DNA from: Candidatus Omnitrophota bacterium
Lineage (GTDB): Bacteria > Omnitrophota > Gorgyraeia > Zapsychrales > JANLHA01
NCBI GenBank assembly: GCA_963662715.1
Contig: OY759724.1
Span: 1,754,662 to 1,818,661 of the forward strand
DNA length: 64,000 nt
Direction of reading: 5' to 3'
Under the pieces are notes generated by a model that was not told where the DNA came from, ran no database searches, and saw only the letters and a list, made by a program, of their open reading frames with translations. A program made the position numbers and the translations under genes. This document shows, in pieces, positions 35,900 to 47,196 of the stretch (position 1 is its first letter; each line of letters begins with the position of its first letter).

Positions 35900-36685
35900 A
35901 TGAAAAAGATCGGTTTTATAGGCGGGGGGAATATGGGTTCCGCCATTATGAGCCGCATTTATCAGCACTATTCGGTCTGCGTCTGCGAAAAAGACAAAAA
36001 AAAAGTTCAGCAGCTGCGGAGGAAATACCGCATTAAAAACATGGAGCTTCCTGACCTGGTTCGCCACGCTCAGGTGATCGTCCTGGCTGTGAAGCCGCAG
36101 GACAGCGGGGCCGTTCTGAAAGATGTCCGCAGGGATTTTGGCCGGGACAAGCTTCTCATTTCCATTGCCGCCGGCTTAACAACAGGATTCCTGGAAAAGA
36201 GGCTGCCGCCCCAAGCCAGGGTTGTCCGCACCATGCCCAACATGCCGGCGCTTATTGCCGAAGGCGTAACAGCTATTTGTCCGGGTAAGCAGGCTAAAGC
36301 CGCGGATATCCTTACGGCCCGGCGTATTTTTAAATATATCGGCGCCACGGAAATCGTTCAGGAGAAATGGATGAATGCGGTGACGGCTGTTTCCGGCAGC
36401 GGGCCGGCTTATGTTTTTTTGTTTGCTGAATGTTTCATGAAAGCGGCGCAGTCTTTAGGGCTGAGCCGGGACCTGAGCCGGCTTTTGGTCTCGGAAACAC
36501 TGAAAGGGAGCGTTGATCTTCTTCTGCAGTCGCAGGACGACGCGGCGCAGTTGAGGGCCAAAGTCACGTCAAAGGGCGGGACGACCCAGGCTGCGACGGA
36601 AGTTTTTATGAAACATCGGTTGGACAAGATATATGACCAGGCTTTAAAAGCTGCCGAAAAAAGAGCCCGGCAGCTGAGCCAATAG
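35900..36685 (+). CDS. proC: pyrroline-5-carboxylate reductase
   Basis: N-terminal Rossmann IGFIGGGNMGSAI. C-terminal ProC dimerisation region (KGGTTQA). Confidence 0.8.
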   Translation: MKKIGFIGGGNMGSAIMSRIYQHYSVCVCEKDKKKVQQLRRKYRIKNMELPDLVRHAQVIVLAVKPQDSGAVLKDVRRDFGRDKLLISIAAGLTTGFLEKRLPPQARVVRTMPNMPALIAEGVTAICPGKQAKAADILTARRIFKYIGATEIVQEKWMNAVTAVSGSGPAYVFLFAECFMKAAQSLGLSRDLSRLLVSETLKGSVDLLLQSQDDAAQLRAKVTSKGGTTQAATEVFMKHRLDKIYDQALKAAEKRARQLSQ

Positions 36686-36738
36686 AACTGTTTGATTTAA
36701 TTGTATCCTTTACTATTTTATTCCATGAGGAGGCCCCT

Positions 36739-37596
36739 ATGGCTAAAGTCGGCATTATCGGTGGCAGCGGTCTGTACCAGTTAGACGGGATGGAAACGGT
36801 TGATGAACGCTCAATGTTGACCCCTTTCGGTGAGCCGTCCTGCAATTTCGTTTTAGGGCGCTTTAACGATGTGGAGGTTGTTTTCCTGCCCCGGCACGGA
36901 AAAGGCCACCGGATATCCCCCAGCGAGATTAATTACCGGGCGAACATCTGGGCGATGAAGAAACTGGGCGTGGATGCTGTTGTCGCTGTTTCTGCCGTCG
37001 GCAGTCTTAAGGAAGAGTTGCAGCCGCAACACTTTGTTGTCCCTGACCAGCTTTTTGACCGGACCAAGGGGAAACGGGCCGACACATTCTTTTCGGACGG
37101 CATTGTCGCGCATATCCCTTTTGCGGAGCCTTTCTCCCCGGAGATACGGGATGTCCTGATTCGCAGCGGACAAGAGGCCGGAGTCACGATTCATGACGGA
37201 GGCACTTATATTAATATTGAAGGCCCGCAGTTTTCCACGAAAGCGGAATCGAATGTTTATCGAGGCTGGGGCATGGATATTATCGGCATGACCAACCTTA
37301 CGGAAGCCAAACTGGCCAGGGAGGCGGAAATATCCTATGCCACGCTGGCGGCGGTCACCGATTACGATTGCTGGCATCCGTCCCATGAATCGGTCACTGT
37401 TGAAATGATCCTTGAGAACCTGAACAGCAATGTGAGCAACGCCAGAAAAATACTGGAAAAGGCGATCCCGCTTATCGGCGCACTGACGGAATTCAGCGCC
37501 GTCGGAACACTGAAATATTCTGTCGTGACGGACCGGGAGATGATCCCGGAGGAGAAAAAGAAGCAACTGGAGATTTTTACCCAGGAAAAAGTCTGA
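36739..37596 (+). CDS. mtnP: S-methyl-5'-thioadenosine phosphorylase / purine nucleoside phosphorylase
   Basis: VGIIGGSGLY, VVFLPRHGKGH, EINYRANIWA and MTNLTEAKLAREAE blocks. Confidence 0.75.
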   Translation: MAKVGIIGGSGLYQLDGMETVDERSMLTPFGEPSCNFVLGRFNDVEVVFLPRHGKGHRISPSEINYRANIWAMKKLGVDAVVAVSAVGSLKEELQPQHFVVPDQLFDRTKGKRADTFFSDGIVAHIPFAEPFSPEIRDVLIRSGQEAGVTIHDGGTYINIEGPQFSTKAESNVYRGWGMDIIGMTNLTEAKLAREAEISYATLAAVTDYDCWHPSHESVTVEMILENLNSNVSNARKILEKAIPLIGALTEFSAVGTLKYSVVTDREMIPEEKKKQLEIFTQEKV

Positions 37597-37687
37597 AAAG
37601 AGGGCGGGATGCTTTTTAAAACAGTATTTTATTAAATGTGAAATTAAAAAATTTTTATAAAATATAAAATAAGGAACATATTTTCAA

Positions 37688-40510
37688 ATGGATTATCAAA
37701 AAACACTCAACTTGCCCAAGACTGAATTTTCAATGCGGGCCGGCCTGGCCCAAAAAGAACCGCGGTGGCTTGAACGCTGGGAAGAGCAGGGGCTGCACGA
37801 AGCCATCCGCCGGAAGAGCGCCCGGCAAAAACCCTATGTTTTGCACGACGGGCCTCCTTATGCCAACGGGAATATTCATATCGGACATGCCCTGAATAAA
37901 ATTTTAAAAGATATCATTGTCAAAATGAAGACCATGCAGGGATACGATGCGCTTTATGTCCCGGGGTGGGACTGCCACGGCCTGCCGATCGAGCATCAAT
38001 TGTTTAAGGAGCTGAAGAAAAGGAAAGCGGACGTCGATACGGTTGATTTTCGGAAGAAAGCCCATGATTATGCCATGAAATATGTGGGGATTCAGAGAGA
38101 CCAGTTTAAGAGACTGGGGATTTTCGGCCAGTGGGACGAGCCTTATTTGACTCTGTCCTCACAGTATGAGTACTGGATTTTATGGTCTTTTGCCCGTTTG
38201 GTCCGGGAGGGATATGTTTATCGGGGGCTGAAACCGGTCAACTGGTGCGCTAATTGTGAGACAGCTTTGGCCGAGGCGGAAGTCGAGTATGAAGATCATG
38301 TTTCCCCATCCATTTATGTTAAATTCAAAGTCAATAATCCTCAGGCCATCCCGGGGCTTCCGCAGGAGAAGCCGCTGTATTTAATGATATGGACGACCAC
38401 GCCCTGGACCCTGCTGGCGAATGTCGCGGTGGCTGTGCATCACGCCTTTCGGTATGTTTTTGTCGATACCGGCTCCGAGATTGTGGTCCTGGAAAAGACG
38501 CTTCATCAGAATGTCCTGGAAAAAGTCGGACTGAAAAATGGCGGTGTTCTTAAAGAAGTTGCCGGAGATGCCCTGCAGACCCTGGTGTATACTCATCCTT
38601 TTGATCTTAAGCAGGATTGCCGGGTTGTGGCGGTGGATTATGTTTCCCAGGAAGACGGGACGGGGTTGGTTCATACCGCGCCGGGACATGGGCAGGAGGA
38701 CTATGAAGCCGGTTTGCAGCACAACCTGGATATTATTATGCCGGTTGACGACCGGGGGCTGTTTACCGGCGAAGCCGGTGCGTTCGCCGGTCAGCATGTC
38801 TTTAAAGCTAATGACAATATTGTTGCTGATTTAAAATCCCGGAACATATTGGCCGGGGTGGAATCCATTAGCCATTCCTATCCGCACTGCTGGCGCTGTA
38901 AGAAGCCTATCATTTTTCGTGCGACCTGTCAGTGGTTCATGCGGATTGATCATAAAGAATTGCGCGCAAAGTTGAAACAGAACGTTCAGCAGCAGGTTCA
39001 GTGGATTCCGCCTTCGGGGCAGGAGCGGATTTCCGGCATGATTGCGTCCCGTCCCGACTGGTGTCTGTCCAGGCAGCGTCATTGGGGTGTTCCTATCCCG
39101 GCCTTAGAGTGTGCGGGCTGCGGGGGAGAACATAAACTTTTTTATGACGTAGTGGCTCATTTCGCGGAAATTGTCAAGACAGAAGGGACGGATGTCTGGT
39201 TTCAGAAAGAACTGGCCGCTTTGCTGCCGGAAGGTTTCCAATGTCCGGACTGCGGACAGAAAGATTTTAAAAAGACGCATGATATCCTGGATGTCTGGTT
39301 TGATTCCGGGGTCAGCCACCAGGCTGTTGTGGGCCCGATGCTTCACCAGGACATCCCCGTGGATCTTTACCTGGAAGGGTCCGACCAGCACCGGGGCTGG
39401 TTTCAGTCTTCTTTAATCCCGGCCGTCGCGCTTGAAGGGAAACCGCCGTTTAAGGCTGTTTTGACGCATGGTTTTGTCGTTGACGGACAGGGAAGAAAGA
39501 TGTCCAAATCCCTGGGAAATGTGATCTCCCCTCAGGACGTCATAAAAACAAACGGGGCCGACATCCTGCGTTTGTGGGTGGCCTCAAGCAATTATCACGA
39601 TGATATCCGTCTTTCTAAAGAGATTATGGAAAGAATTATTGACGCGTACCGTAAAATCCGCAATACGATCCGTTTCCTCCTGTCCAATCTGAACGGTTTT
39701 GCCCCGGAGAAGGAGATTCTGCCTTATGAGCAATTGATCGAGATCGATCAATGGGCGTTACACCGGCTTTCGCAGATGAGTTCCGAACTGAAAGACGCCT
39801 ATAACCTTTTCGAGTTTGCAAAAGTCTATAAAATTATTTACGCCTATTGTAATGAAAACTTGTCGGGATTTTATCTTGACATTCTTAAAGATAGACTGTA
39901 TACTTCACACACTTTTTCGCGGGAGAGAAAATCAGCGCAGACCGTTCTTTACCATATTCTTAATCATTTGGTCCGTTTTATTGCTCCTATCCTGTCATTT
40001 ACAGCAGAAGAGGTCTTTCACCTGATGCCCGGGAAGGAGCAGGGAGACGATGTCCAGAGCGTGCATTTGCTGTCGTGGGGTGATATCCCTGATGATTGGG
40101 ACAATAAAAACCTGGAGAAAAAGTTTCAATTTCTGGAAACATTAAGGCCGAATGTTCTTAAGGCTCTAGAAGATAAGCGGCGTGATAACGAAATCGGCAG
40201 TTCTTTGGAAGCCAAGGTCATCTTCAGAACAGCCAGTTCAGGAGACGCCGAACATTTAAAAACCTTAGAACCTATTTTGCCCCAAGTGTTTATTGTGTCT
40301 CAGGTTGAGATCCAAACAGTGTCAGAGGTTGGCCAGGGAGTTAACGAGGCGTTCCCTCAAACGGAGATCATTATCCGGAAAGCAGACGGAGATAAATGTG
40401 TCCGTTGCTGGAATTACAGCCCGAACGTCGGACAGAACCAGGAGCACCCGCAGTTGTGCGAACGGTGTCTGCCGGTTGTGGAATCCCTGCAGAGAGAGGG
40501 GTTGGTTTGA
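37688..40510 (+). CDS. ileS: isoleucine--tRNA ligase
   Basis: HIGH (HIGHALNK) and KMSKS (KMSKSLGNV) motifs. 940 aa. C-terminal Zn-binding cysteines. Confidence 0.95.
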   Translation: MDYQKTLNLPKTEFSMRAGLAQKEPRWLERWEEQGLHEAIRRKSARQKPYVLHDGPPYANGNIHIGHALNKILKDIIVKMKTMQGYDALYVPGWDCHGLPIEHQLFKELKKRKADVDTVDFRKKAHDYAMKYVGIQRDQFKRLGIFGQWDEPYLTLSSQYEYWILWSFARLVREGYVYRGLKPVNWCANCETALAEAEVEYEDHVSPSIYVKFKVNNPQAIPGLPQEKPLYLMIWTTTPWTLLANVAVAVHHAFRYVFVDTGSEIVVLEKTLHQNVLEKVGLKNGGVLKEVAGDALQTLVYTHPFDLKQDCRVVAVDYVSQEDGTGLVHTAPGHGQEDYEAGLQHNLDIIMPVDDRGLFTGEAGAFAGQHVFKANDNIVADLKSRNILAGVESISHSYPHCWRCKKPIIFRATCQWFMRIDHKELRAKLKQNVQQQVQWIPPSGQERISGMIASRPDWCLSRQRHWGVPIPALECAGCGGEHKLFYDVVAHFAEIVKTEGTDVWFQKELAALLPEGFQCPDCGQKDFKKTHDILDVWFDSGVSHQAVVGPMLHQDIPVDLYLEGSDQHRGWFQSSLIPAVALEGKPPFKAVLTHGFVVDGQGRKMSKSLGNVISPQDVIKTNGADILRLWVASSNYHDDIRLSKEIMERIIDAYRKIRNTIRFLLSNLNGFAPEKEILPYEQLIEIDQWALHRLSQMSSELKDAYNLFEFAKVYKIIYAYCNENLSGFYLDILKDRLYTSHTFSRERKSAQTVLYHILNHLVRFIAPILSFTAEEVFHLMPGKEQGDDVQSVHLLSWGDIPDDWDNKNLEKKFQFLETLRPNVLKALEDKRRDNEIGSSLEAKVIFRTASSGDAEHLKTLEPILPQVFIVSQVEIQTVSEVGQGVNEAFPQTEIIIRKADGDKCVRCWNYSPNVGQNQEHPQLCERCLPVVESLQREGLV

Positions 40511-40631
40511 CATCCAAGCTGGAGCGGGCTTCAAAATTTAAATTTTGATCTTGCTCTTGAATCATGTATACTTGGCTATGGGTTTATTTTTGAGTATGAG
40601 ATTTAGGCAAATTCTTCTCCCTAAGAAATAA

Positions 40632-41051
40632 TTGTGGGAAGCTAGAAAAGGAGAGAGGGGAATGACGGAAAAGAAGTTAGGAAAACGGCAAAAAGATCAG
40701 TTTAAAAAGGTTCTGATAGAGATTAAAGAGAATATCCTTCATGATATTAAGAACATGACAGGAAGCAACGGAGAGTCCTCGGAACCATCTGAAGAATTGT
40801 CAGGCGGGCATGGTTTGCATATGGCGGATTTTGCCACTGATATGTATGACCGGGAATTCAACTTGGGGCTTGCTTCTAATGACAGAGAGCTGTTGCAGAA
40901 GGTGGATAATGCCCTAAAACGCATGGAAGATGATAATTATGGAATTTGTGTGGAGTGCCAGGAAGTTATTCCTGCGGCTCGTTTGGAAGCCATCCCTTAT
41001 GTAGAGACTTGCCTTAAGTGTCAGGAGAAGCTGGAACAGCAACGCCGATGA
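40632..41051 (+). CDS. DksA/TraR family C4-type zinc-finger regulator
   Basis: C-terminal CVECQEVIP...CLKCQ four-Cys finger after a coiled-coil region. Confidence 0.7.
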   Translation: MWEARKGERGMTEKKLGKRQKDQFKKVLIEIKENILHDIKNMTGSNGESSEPSEELSGGHGLHMADFATDMYDREFNLGLASNDRELLQKVDNALKRMEDDNYGICVECQEVIPAARLEAIPYVETCLKCQEKLEQQRR

Positions 41052-41156
41052 TTTTGCTCCCAGTTGCATGATCTCAATATTTTAGATATCCGTAATTTTG
41101 ATCATCGCGGGTTATCTTCTGGCAAATCATAGTATTTTTTTAAAAAACGATACAAC

Positions 41157-41645
41157 ATGAAAAATGCTGTACGCTCCCAGATAGATATTTTTCTTTCCCT
41201 CATTACTGTTTTCTCTATTGTTTTTGTTGATCGCATCACGAAAATTTTCTTTTCCAATATTTTGTCTGAAGGGGAATCCTGGCCTGTTATCCGCAATGTC
41301 CTGCATATGACCCTTGTTCACAACAGCGGGATCGCTTTCGGTTTGTTTAAGGACCAGGGGATTGTTTTTATTATCGTTCCGTTGATTGCGATTGTTCTGC
41401 TTATCTATAATATTTATTACTATAAATATAATGACGAAAAATTGAGCCGTCTTTATATTATTGCTTTTTCTATGATTTTGGCCGGTGCGATTGGGAATCT
41501 TATTGACCGTATTTATTTTGGTTACGTCATTGATTTTATTGATTTCCAGGTCTGGCCGGTTTTCAATATCGCCGACAGCGCTATTACCATAGGGGCCCTG
41601 ATTATCGCTTTTAAATGTATTCCCCGGGCAGATATCCATAAATAG
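41157..41645 (+). CDS. lspA: lipoprotein signal peptidase II
   Basis: NSGIAFGLF, GNLIDRIYFGYVIDFIDF and FNIADSAITIG blocks. Canonical position after ileS. Confidence 0.8.
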   Translation: MKNAVRSQIDIFLSLITVFSIVFVDRITKIFFSNILSEGESWPVIRNVLHMTLVHNSGIAFGLFKDQGIVFIIVPLIAIVLLIYNIYYYKYNDEKLSRLYIIAFSMILAGAIGNLIDRIYFGYVIDFIDFQVWPVFNIADSAITIGALIIAFKCIPRADIHK

Positions 41646-41760
41646 GAATTTTCTCGGAGATTTTTGGCACGGCGGGCTGCTGTGGCAGGCAGAATAGCGC
41701 GTCAGGAATAACCTTCATGATTAAGGAGCTCGGGAGCCCGATGAGGGACACCGTCCTGCG

Positions 41761-42516
41761 GTGTCGACCGGGTTTTACCGTGATTGTGTTATGCACCCTG
41801 TTATTTGTTCCATTGGCCCTTTGCAGATCTATTCCTACGGTTTGATGCTGGCCGTTGCGATTGTTGTTTGCTCGCTGCTCCTCAGCCGCGACGCCCGGGT
41901 TTATCATATCCCGGCAGATACGGTTTATGACCTGGTGTTTTGGACGGTTCTGGGGGGCATTGCCGGAGCCCGGGTTTTTTTCGTTGTATTGCATCTGGAA
42001 TTATTCCAGGATAACCCGATTGAAATGGTGATGCTTCATCAGGGCGGCTTATCCTGGCAGGGGGGGCTGTTTCTCGGAGCGCTCGCCGCTGGAATTTTTA
42101 TCCGCCGCAAAAACCTTTCGTTCCGTACGACCGTAGACCTTATTGCTCCTTATCTGGCGCTGGGACAGTCTATCGGACGAATAGGCTGTTTTCTTAACGG
42201 ATGCTGTTTTGGCCGGGAAGTTTCCTGGGGGATTTATTTCCCTGTTCACCATGCCCGTCTTCATCCCACACAACTTTATGCCAGCGGGGCCCTGTTTTTG
42301 ATTTTTTGGGCTTTAAAGGTATATCAGAAAAGACCTCATCGGTCCGGCCAGATTTTAGCCATGTATTTTATGCTGGCCGGGACGCAAAGATTTATTATCG
42401 AATTCTTTCGGGGGGATCACGTGATGACCCCGTGGGGTGTCAGTGTTTTTCAGCTTGTGAGTCTGGCTATTTTTGTGACAGGCTTCGGATTAATGGTTTA
42501 TTTTAAGAAAACATGA
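41761..42516 (+). CDS. lgt: prolipoprotein diacylglyceryl transferase
   Basis: Lgt signature region (HPTQLYAS, GR.GCFLNGCCFG). Polytopic. Confidence 0.8.
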   Translation: MSTGFYRDCVMHPVICSIGPLQIYSYGLMLAVAIVVCSLLLSRDARVYHIPADTVYDLVFWTVLGGIAGARVFFVVLHLELFQDNPIEMVMLHQGGLSWQGGLFLGALAAGIFIRRKNLSFRTTVDLIAPYLALGQSIGRIGCFLNGCCFGREVSWGIYFPVHHARLHPTQLYASGALFLIFWALKVYQKRPHRSGQILAMYFMLAGTQRFIIEFFRGDHVMTPWGVSVFQLVSLAIFVTGFGLMVYFKKT

Positions 42517-42603
42517 GGCCGATGTAAGCAAAACGTCCCTGCACGTTAAGGCCGTGGCCCAGACAGTCCGCGCAGTTCTTTAACCTGCGGTTTTTTTATT
42601 TTT

Positions 42604-43530
42604 ATGACAAAAAAGAGTTTTATCATTGATGAAGAACACCATTTTTTGAGGATTGACCTGTTCCTTTCCCGGGAACTTGCCGGAGAACTGTCCCGCACCG
42701 CTATACAAAAGTTGATAGAGGCGGGGCAGGTAACCCTCAATCAAAAGACAGTCAAGGCCAACCATAAAGTCCAGGCCGGTGATGAAGTTATGGTTGATTT
42801 GGATGCCTTGGCGGGGCCGGACTCGTCACATATTCATCCCGAAAATATTAGATTAGATGTCTTTTATGAAGATAAGGCTATTTTGGTCCTGCGGAAGCCG
42901 GCCGGCATGGTCGTGCATCCGGCGCAGGGGTGTTATTCCGGAACATTAGTCAATGCCCTGCTTTATTATTGCCGGCAGACCGGACAGACGCTTTCCGACG
43001 TTAATACCGCGGAGCGTCCGGGCATTGTTCACCGTTTGGACAAAGAGACATCGGGCCTTTTGGTCGTGGCCAAAAGCAACACGTATCATATCCGGCTGGC
43101 CAGGCAGTTTGAAAAGCATAAAGTCCGGAAAAAGTATATAGCCTGGGTGCAGGGATCCGTGGCGTTCGATGAAGGGCAGATCGATGCTCCGGTGGGGCGG
43201 CATCCGATTCACCGGGAGAAAAAAGCCGTTACGTATGAGAAGGGCAGCCGGGAAGCTAAAACATATTATAAAGTCTTGAAGCGTGTTGGGAAGGAAGCAT
43301 CCTTAATGGCTTTGTTCCCGCAAAGCGGCCGGACGCATCAATTAAGAGTTCATATGGCCCATTTGGGGCACCCGATACTGGGAGACAGCAAATACGGGGA
43401 TCAGAGACGTTTTCCCCGGCTTGCCCTGCATGCACAGGGGCTGGGCTTTTTTCACCCGGAGACAAAGGCCTGGGTGGAGTTCTCCTCTCCTCCTCCGGAC
43501 ATCTTTTTTCAGGAAGACCTTTTGAGGTAA
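42604..43530 (+). CDS. rluD: RluA/RluD family pseudouridine synthase
   Basis: S4-like N-terminus. Catalytic HRLDKETSGLLVVAK. Confidence 0.8.
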   Translation: MTKKSFIIDEEHHFLRIDLFLSRELAGELSRTAIQKLIEAGQVTLNQKTVKANHKVQAGDEVMVDLDALAGPDSSHIHPENIRLDVFYEDKAILVLRKPAGMVVHPAQGCYSGTLVNALLYYCRQTGQTLSDVNTAERPGIVHRLDKETSGLLVVAKSNTYHIRLARQFEKHKVRKKYIAWVQGSVAFDEGQIDAPVGRHPIHREKKAVTYEKGSREAKTYYKVLKRVGKEASLMALFPQSGRTHQLRVHMAHLGHPILGDSKYGDQRRFPRLALHAQGLGFFHPETKAWVEFSSPPPDIFFQEDLLR

Positions 43531-43761
43531 AGCCGGACGTGAAGATTTCCGGAGAAAGTCTTTACTTCCTTAAGATTTGCCATATAATAAGTTATAGTTT
43601 ATCGGGCCATAGATAACAAAAGGCTTCTGCTGTCTGTGAAATTATAGAACGGCGGCAGGCTTTTTTCTCATGCCCTTTTCTTATATACTATATAGAGAAT
43701 TAAGGAAAGGGGCGTAATTTATTTCAGGAAGAGAGTTTATTTTTAAAAGGAGAAAAGGACA

Positions 43762-44610
43762 ATGAATAATACTGGTAAAACATTAACTATTTTCTTGGTC
43801 GTTATTGCCGTTCTTCTGTTGTGTTTAACCGGGATATCCGTTTTTTTCTTTGTGAAGGAAATAGATCTGCGGAAATCGGCGGAAGTGAACCTGGAGCAGC
43901 TTCGCATTGTGGAGGCGAGCCTCCGGGCTGATTTGCAGGAAGCGGAAAAGCAGATTCAGCTGCTTGGAGAAAAAAATAAAGAGGCAAATGGCAGAGTGGA
44001 AGACCTGATTGAAGAGAAGGCTTTGGAACAGGAATTAAAGGAAGAGCTGAAGCGGGAAGTGCGGCAACTGAAGGACAAGTTGAGTACGGAGGAAAAAGCC
44101 AAAGAAGAGATACGTCAGGAATTGATGGCTGAATTGGATTCTGCCCAGGAAAAAGTTTCTCAGATAGAAGCGGAATTGAACACCACCAAAACGAGAAATA
44201 CGGAATTAGAAACGATCCGTCAGAATTTAGAAACACAAGTGACCGATCTGCAGAATCAAATTGATACTTTAACTCAAAAATTAACAATCTCGGGCGATGC
44301 GGATGTTCCCTCCGACGATTCTTCGGCCGTCAAAGATAGTGTGAATCTTGACCCTATTGTTATTAATCCGGGGGACAGTCATAAGGGAGTCGTTATCAGC
44401 GTGGACCGGGAAGCTGATTTTATTATTGTGAGTTTGGGGGAAAAACACGGAATTAAAAAAGGAATGTTGCTTTCGGTTTATCGTGGTGATAAGCACCTCG
44501 GGGATGTAGAGGTGTCCCGGGTTCTCCCCGAAATGTCCGCGGCTGACTTTATCCCCCCTTTAAAAAGTAAGAAAGTCCAGAAAGACGACCAAGTGGTTCT
44601 TCAAGAATGA
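43762..44610 (+). CDS. membrane-anchored coiled-coil protein
   Basis: N-terminal TM helix. Long heptad-rich region. Stop overlaps the aroA start. Confidence 0.4.
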   Translation: MNNTGKTLTIFLVVIAVLLLCLTGISVFFFVKEIDLRKSAEVNLEQLRIVEASLRADLQEAEKQIQLLGEKNKEANGRVEDLIEEKALEQELKEELKREVRQLKDKLSTEEKAKEEIRQELMAELDSAQEKVSQIEAELNTTKTRNTELETIRQNLETQVTDLQNQIDTLTQKLTISGDADVPSDDSSAVKDSVNLDPIVINPGDSHKGVVISVDREADFIIVSLGEKHGIKKGMLLSVYRGDKHLGDVEVSRVLPEMSAADFIPPLKSKKVQKDDQVVLQE

Positions 44611-45896
44611 AATTAGTCCTCCATCCTGTCGCTGCTCTCCGTGGCCCAATCCTTCTTCCTGCCTCCAAGTCTTATTCGATCCGTGCTTTTATCATAGCGG
44701 CTTGCGGCGGGGCTTCTGTTATTGTCCGCCCTTCGGATTGCGATGATGCTAAAGTGGCCATGAAAGCGGCCCGTTTCCTCGGCGCCCGCGTTAAACGGGT
44801 CGCGGATAATACCTGGGCCGTGCAGGCCGGACCGATGAAAAAAGGGATCAGAGATATTGATGTCCAGGAATCCGGAACGGTGTTGAGATTTTTGTTGCCG
44901 TTGTTGTCGGTAAAAAGTGAAGCCATAAAAGTGAACGGACAGGGGACATTGATCGGCCGGCCCAATGCGCATTTGACCGCGGTTTTGCGAAAGCAGGGCG
45001 TTTCCATCCGGGGACAGGGCCGGAATGAATCCGTTCCTATTCATTTGCGGGGCGGAAAATTTCGGGGCGGCAAAATTGTTATTGACGGGACAATGAGTTC
45101 TCAATTTATCTCCGCTTTGTGTATCGCCTGCCCGCAGCTGCTGGAAGATACGTGGTTGCTTGTTAAGGGCAAACGCATGGTTTCAGTCGATTATATTGAA
45201 ATGACACGGTTGGTCCTGGCCCAGAGCGGGGTTCATATTAAAAAGGTCAGCAGCCGTTCTTTCTCCATCGCGGCCTCTCAGAAATTTCAAGGCTTAAAAA
45301 GGTTTGTGGTCCCTTCAGACTACGGCCTGGCGGCTTTCTTAATAGCCGCGGGACTTTTGACGGAATCTTCTTTGGTTTTAAAGGGTGAATTCAGCCGCAC
45401 ATTTATTCAGGCGGACGGAAAAATTCTTGAATTTTTGAAAAAGATGGGCGTCCGGATAATCTTGACGAAAAATACGTTAAAATGGCAGAGGAAAGGCCCC
45501 TTGCGGGGAGGGGATTTTTCTCTGAAGGATTGTCCGGATCTGGTCCCGATTATGGCCGTGCTGGCGCTTTTCGCCAAAGGGACGACGCGCCTGAAGAACA
45601 TTAAACATGCCCGCGTGAAAGAGTCCAACCGGATTTCAGATTTGCGAAGGGAATTGCTCAAGGCCGGGGCGCGATTAACGGAGACATCCGATACTCTGAC
45701 AATTCACCCGCAAGCCCAGTATAAGACCTCCGCGTGCCTTAATCCGCATCATGATCACCGTTTAGCCATGGCCTTTTGTGTTTTAGGTTTGAAACTCGGG
45801 GCGGTCATTGAAGATATTGAATGTGTTTCAAAATCTTACCCGGGATTTGTGCGGGATATTAAAAAGCTTGGGGCCAAGGTCAGATTCTGTTCCTAG
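44607..45896 (+). CDS. aroA: 3-phosphoshikimate 1-carboxyvinyltransferase (EPSP synthase)
   Basis: LPASKSYSIRAFIIAA (LPGSKS.SNR-like). EPT fold length 429 aa. ...RPIDLH-like regions. Confidence 0.65.
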   Translation: MKLVLHPVAALRGPILLPASKSYSIRAFIIAACGGASVIVRPSDCDDAKVAMKAARFLGARVKRVADNTWAVQAGPMKKGIRDIDVQESGTVLRFLLPLLSVKSEAIKVNGQGTLIGRPNAHLTAVLRKQGVSIRGQGRNESVPIHLRGGKFRGGKIVIDGTMSSQFISALCIACPQLLEDTWLLVKGKRMVSVDYIEMTRLVLAQSGVHIKKVSSRSFSIAASQKFQGLKRFVVPSDYGLAAFLIAAGLLTESSLVLKGEFSRTFIQADGKILEFLKKMGVRIILTKNTLKWQRKGPLRGGDFSLKDCPDLVPIMAVLALFAKGTTRLKNIKHARVKESNRISDLRRELLKAGARLTETSDTLTIHPQAQYKTSACLNPHHDHRLAMAFCVLGLKLGAVIEDIECVSKSYPGFVRDIKKLGAKVRFCS

Positions 45897-46191
45897 CCGT
45901 TTTTCCCTTTTGCACGGTATGCCTGAGATTATCTATTTTTTTCTGGAATAGGGGTCTTAAATGGAGTATAAAATAGAATAATAGATAATAATAGACTAAA
46001 TAAAATGATTATTCGTTGACAGTAAATTTCTTTTCATATATGATGTTTCCTGTTGCATAGCAACTAGTTACTAGTTATTTCTCCTCGAGAAATATTCCAT
46101 TAATATAAAAAAAGGAAGGACTCAGTTGCTAAAATTTATCCGATATATCCAAAGAACCATCAATTATGTCTTAGGTTTGTTTTCCAATGAC

Positions 46192-47196
46192 ATGGGCATT
46201 GATTTGGGGACCGCCACGACGCTTGTTTATGTGAAGGGCGAAGGCGTCGTCCTGTGCGAGCCTTCGGTTGTTGCCATTGAAAAAGAAACGAACCGGGTCG
46301 TGGCCGTGGGGGATGAAGCCAAGAAAATGTTGGGCCGTACTCCGGGAAATATTGTCGCGATCCGGCCGATGAAAGACGGGGTTATTTCAGATTTTGAAAT
46401 CACCGAAGCGATGTTGAAATATTTTATCAAGAAGGTCCATAAACGTCAGGTTCTGGTTCGGCCGGCGATGGTCATTGCTATTCCTTCGGGCATTACCGAA
46501 GTGGAAAAGCGCGCCGTAAAAGATTCTGCGGAAAGAGCCAGCGCCCGGTCCGTGGAGCTGATTGAAGAGCCCAAAGCCGCTGCGGTCGGAGTCGGGCTTC
46601 CGGTCGAAGAAGCCGCAGGGAATATGATTATTGACATCGGTGGTGGAACGACGGAATTTGCTGTTATTTCATTGGGAGGACTCGTTTATTCCAAGTCGAT
46701 CCGGATTGCCGGTGATGAAATGGACCAGGCGATTATGGAGTATTTAAAGAAAACTTATAATCTGATGATCGGAGAACGAACAGCGGAGGAGATTAAGATC
46801 CGGATCGGATCCGCTTATCCGCTGGAGGAAGAACTGACAATGGACGTGCGGGGCCGGGATCTTATTGCCGGGCTGCCAAAGACAATTACAATTTCATCTG
46901 AAGAAATTCGGGAGGCACTGCAGGAACCGATTCAGGCCATTGTTGATGCTTCAAAAATCACTTTGGAAAATACTCCCCCGGAACTTGCTGCGGATTTGAT
47001 TGATCGAGGGATTGTTATGGCTGGCGGCGGCTCCCTCTTGCGGGGATTAGACAAGAGAATTGCCGAAGAGACAGGCCTTCCTGTTCACATTGCCGATGAT
47101 CCTTTAACGGCTGTCGTCTTGGGAACGGGGCAGGTTCTTAACATGCCCGTGAAGCTTAGAAGACGTGTTGTTGTCCCGACCAAATTGGATTTTTAA
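46192..47196 (+). CDS. mreB: rod shape-determining protein MreB
   Basis: GIDLGTATT actin-fold phosphate-1. DIGGGTTE phosphate-2. Confidence 0.9.
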   Translation: MGIDLGTATTLVYVKGEGVVLCEPSVVAIEKETNRVVAVGDEAKKMLGRTPGNIVAIRPMKDGVISDFEITEAMLKYFIKKVHKRQVLVRPAMVIAIPSGITEVEKRAVKDSAERASARSVELIEEPKAAAVGVGLPVEEAAGNMIIDIGGGTTEFAVISLGGLVYSKSIRIAGDEMDQAIMEYLKKTYNLMIGERTAEEIKIRIGSAYPLEEELTMDVRGRDLIAGLPKTITISSEEIREALQEPIQAIVDASKITLENTPPELAADLIDRGIVMAGGGSLLRGLDKRIAEETGLPVHIADDPLTAVVLGTGQVLNMPVKLRRRVVVPTKLDF

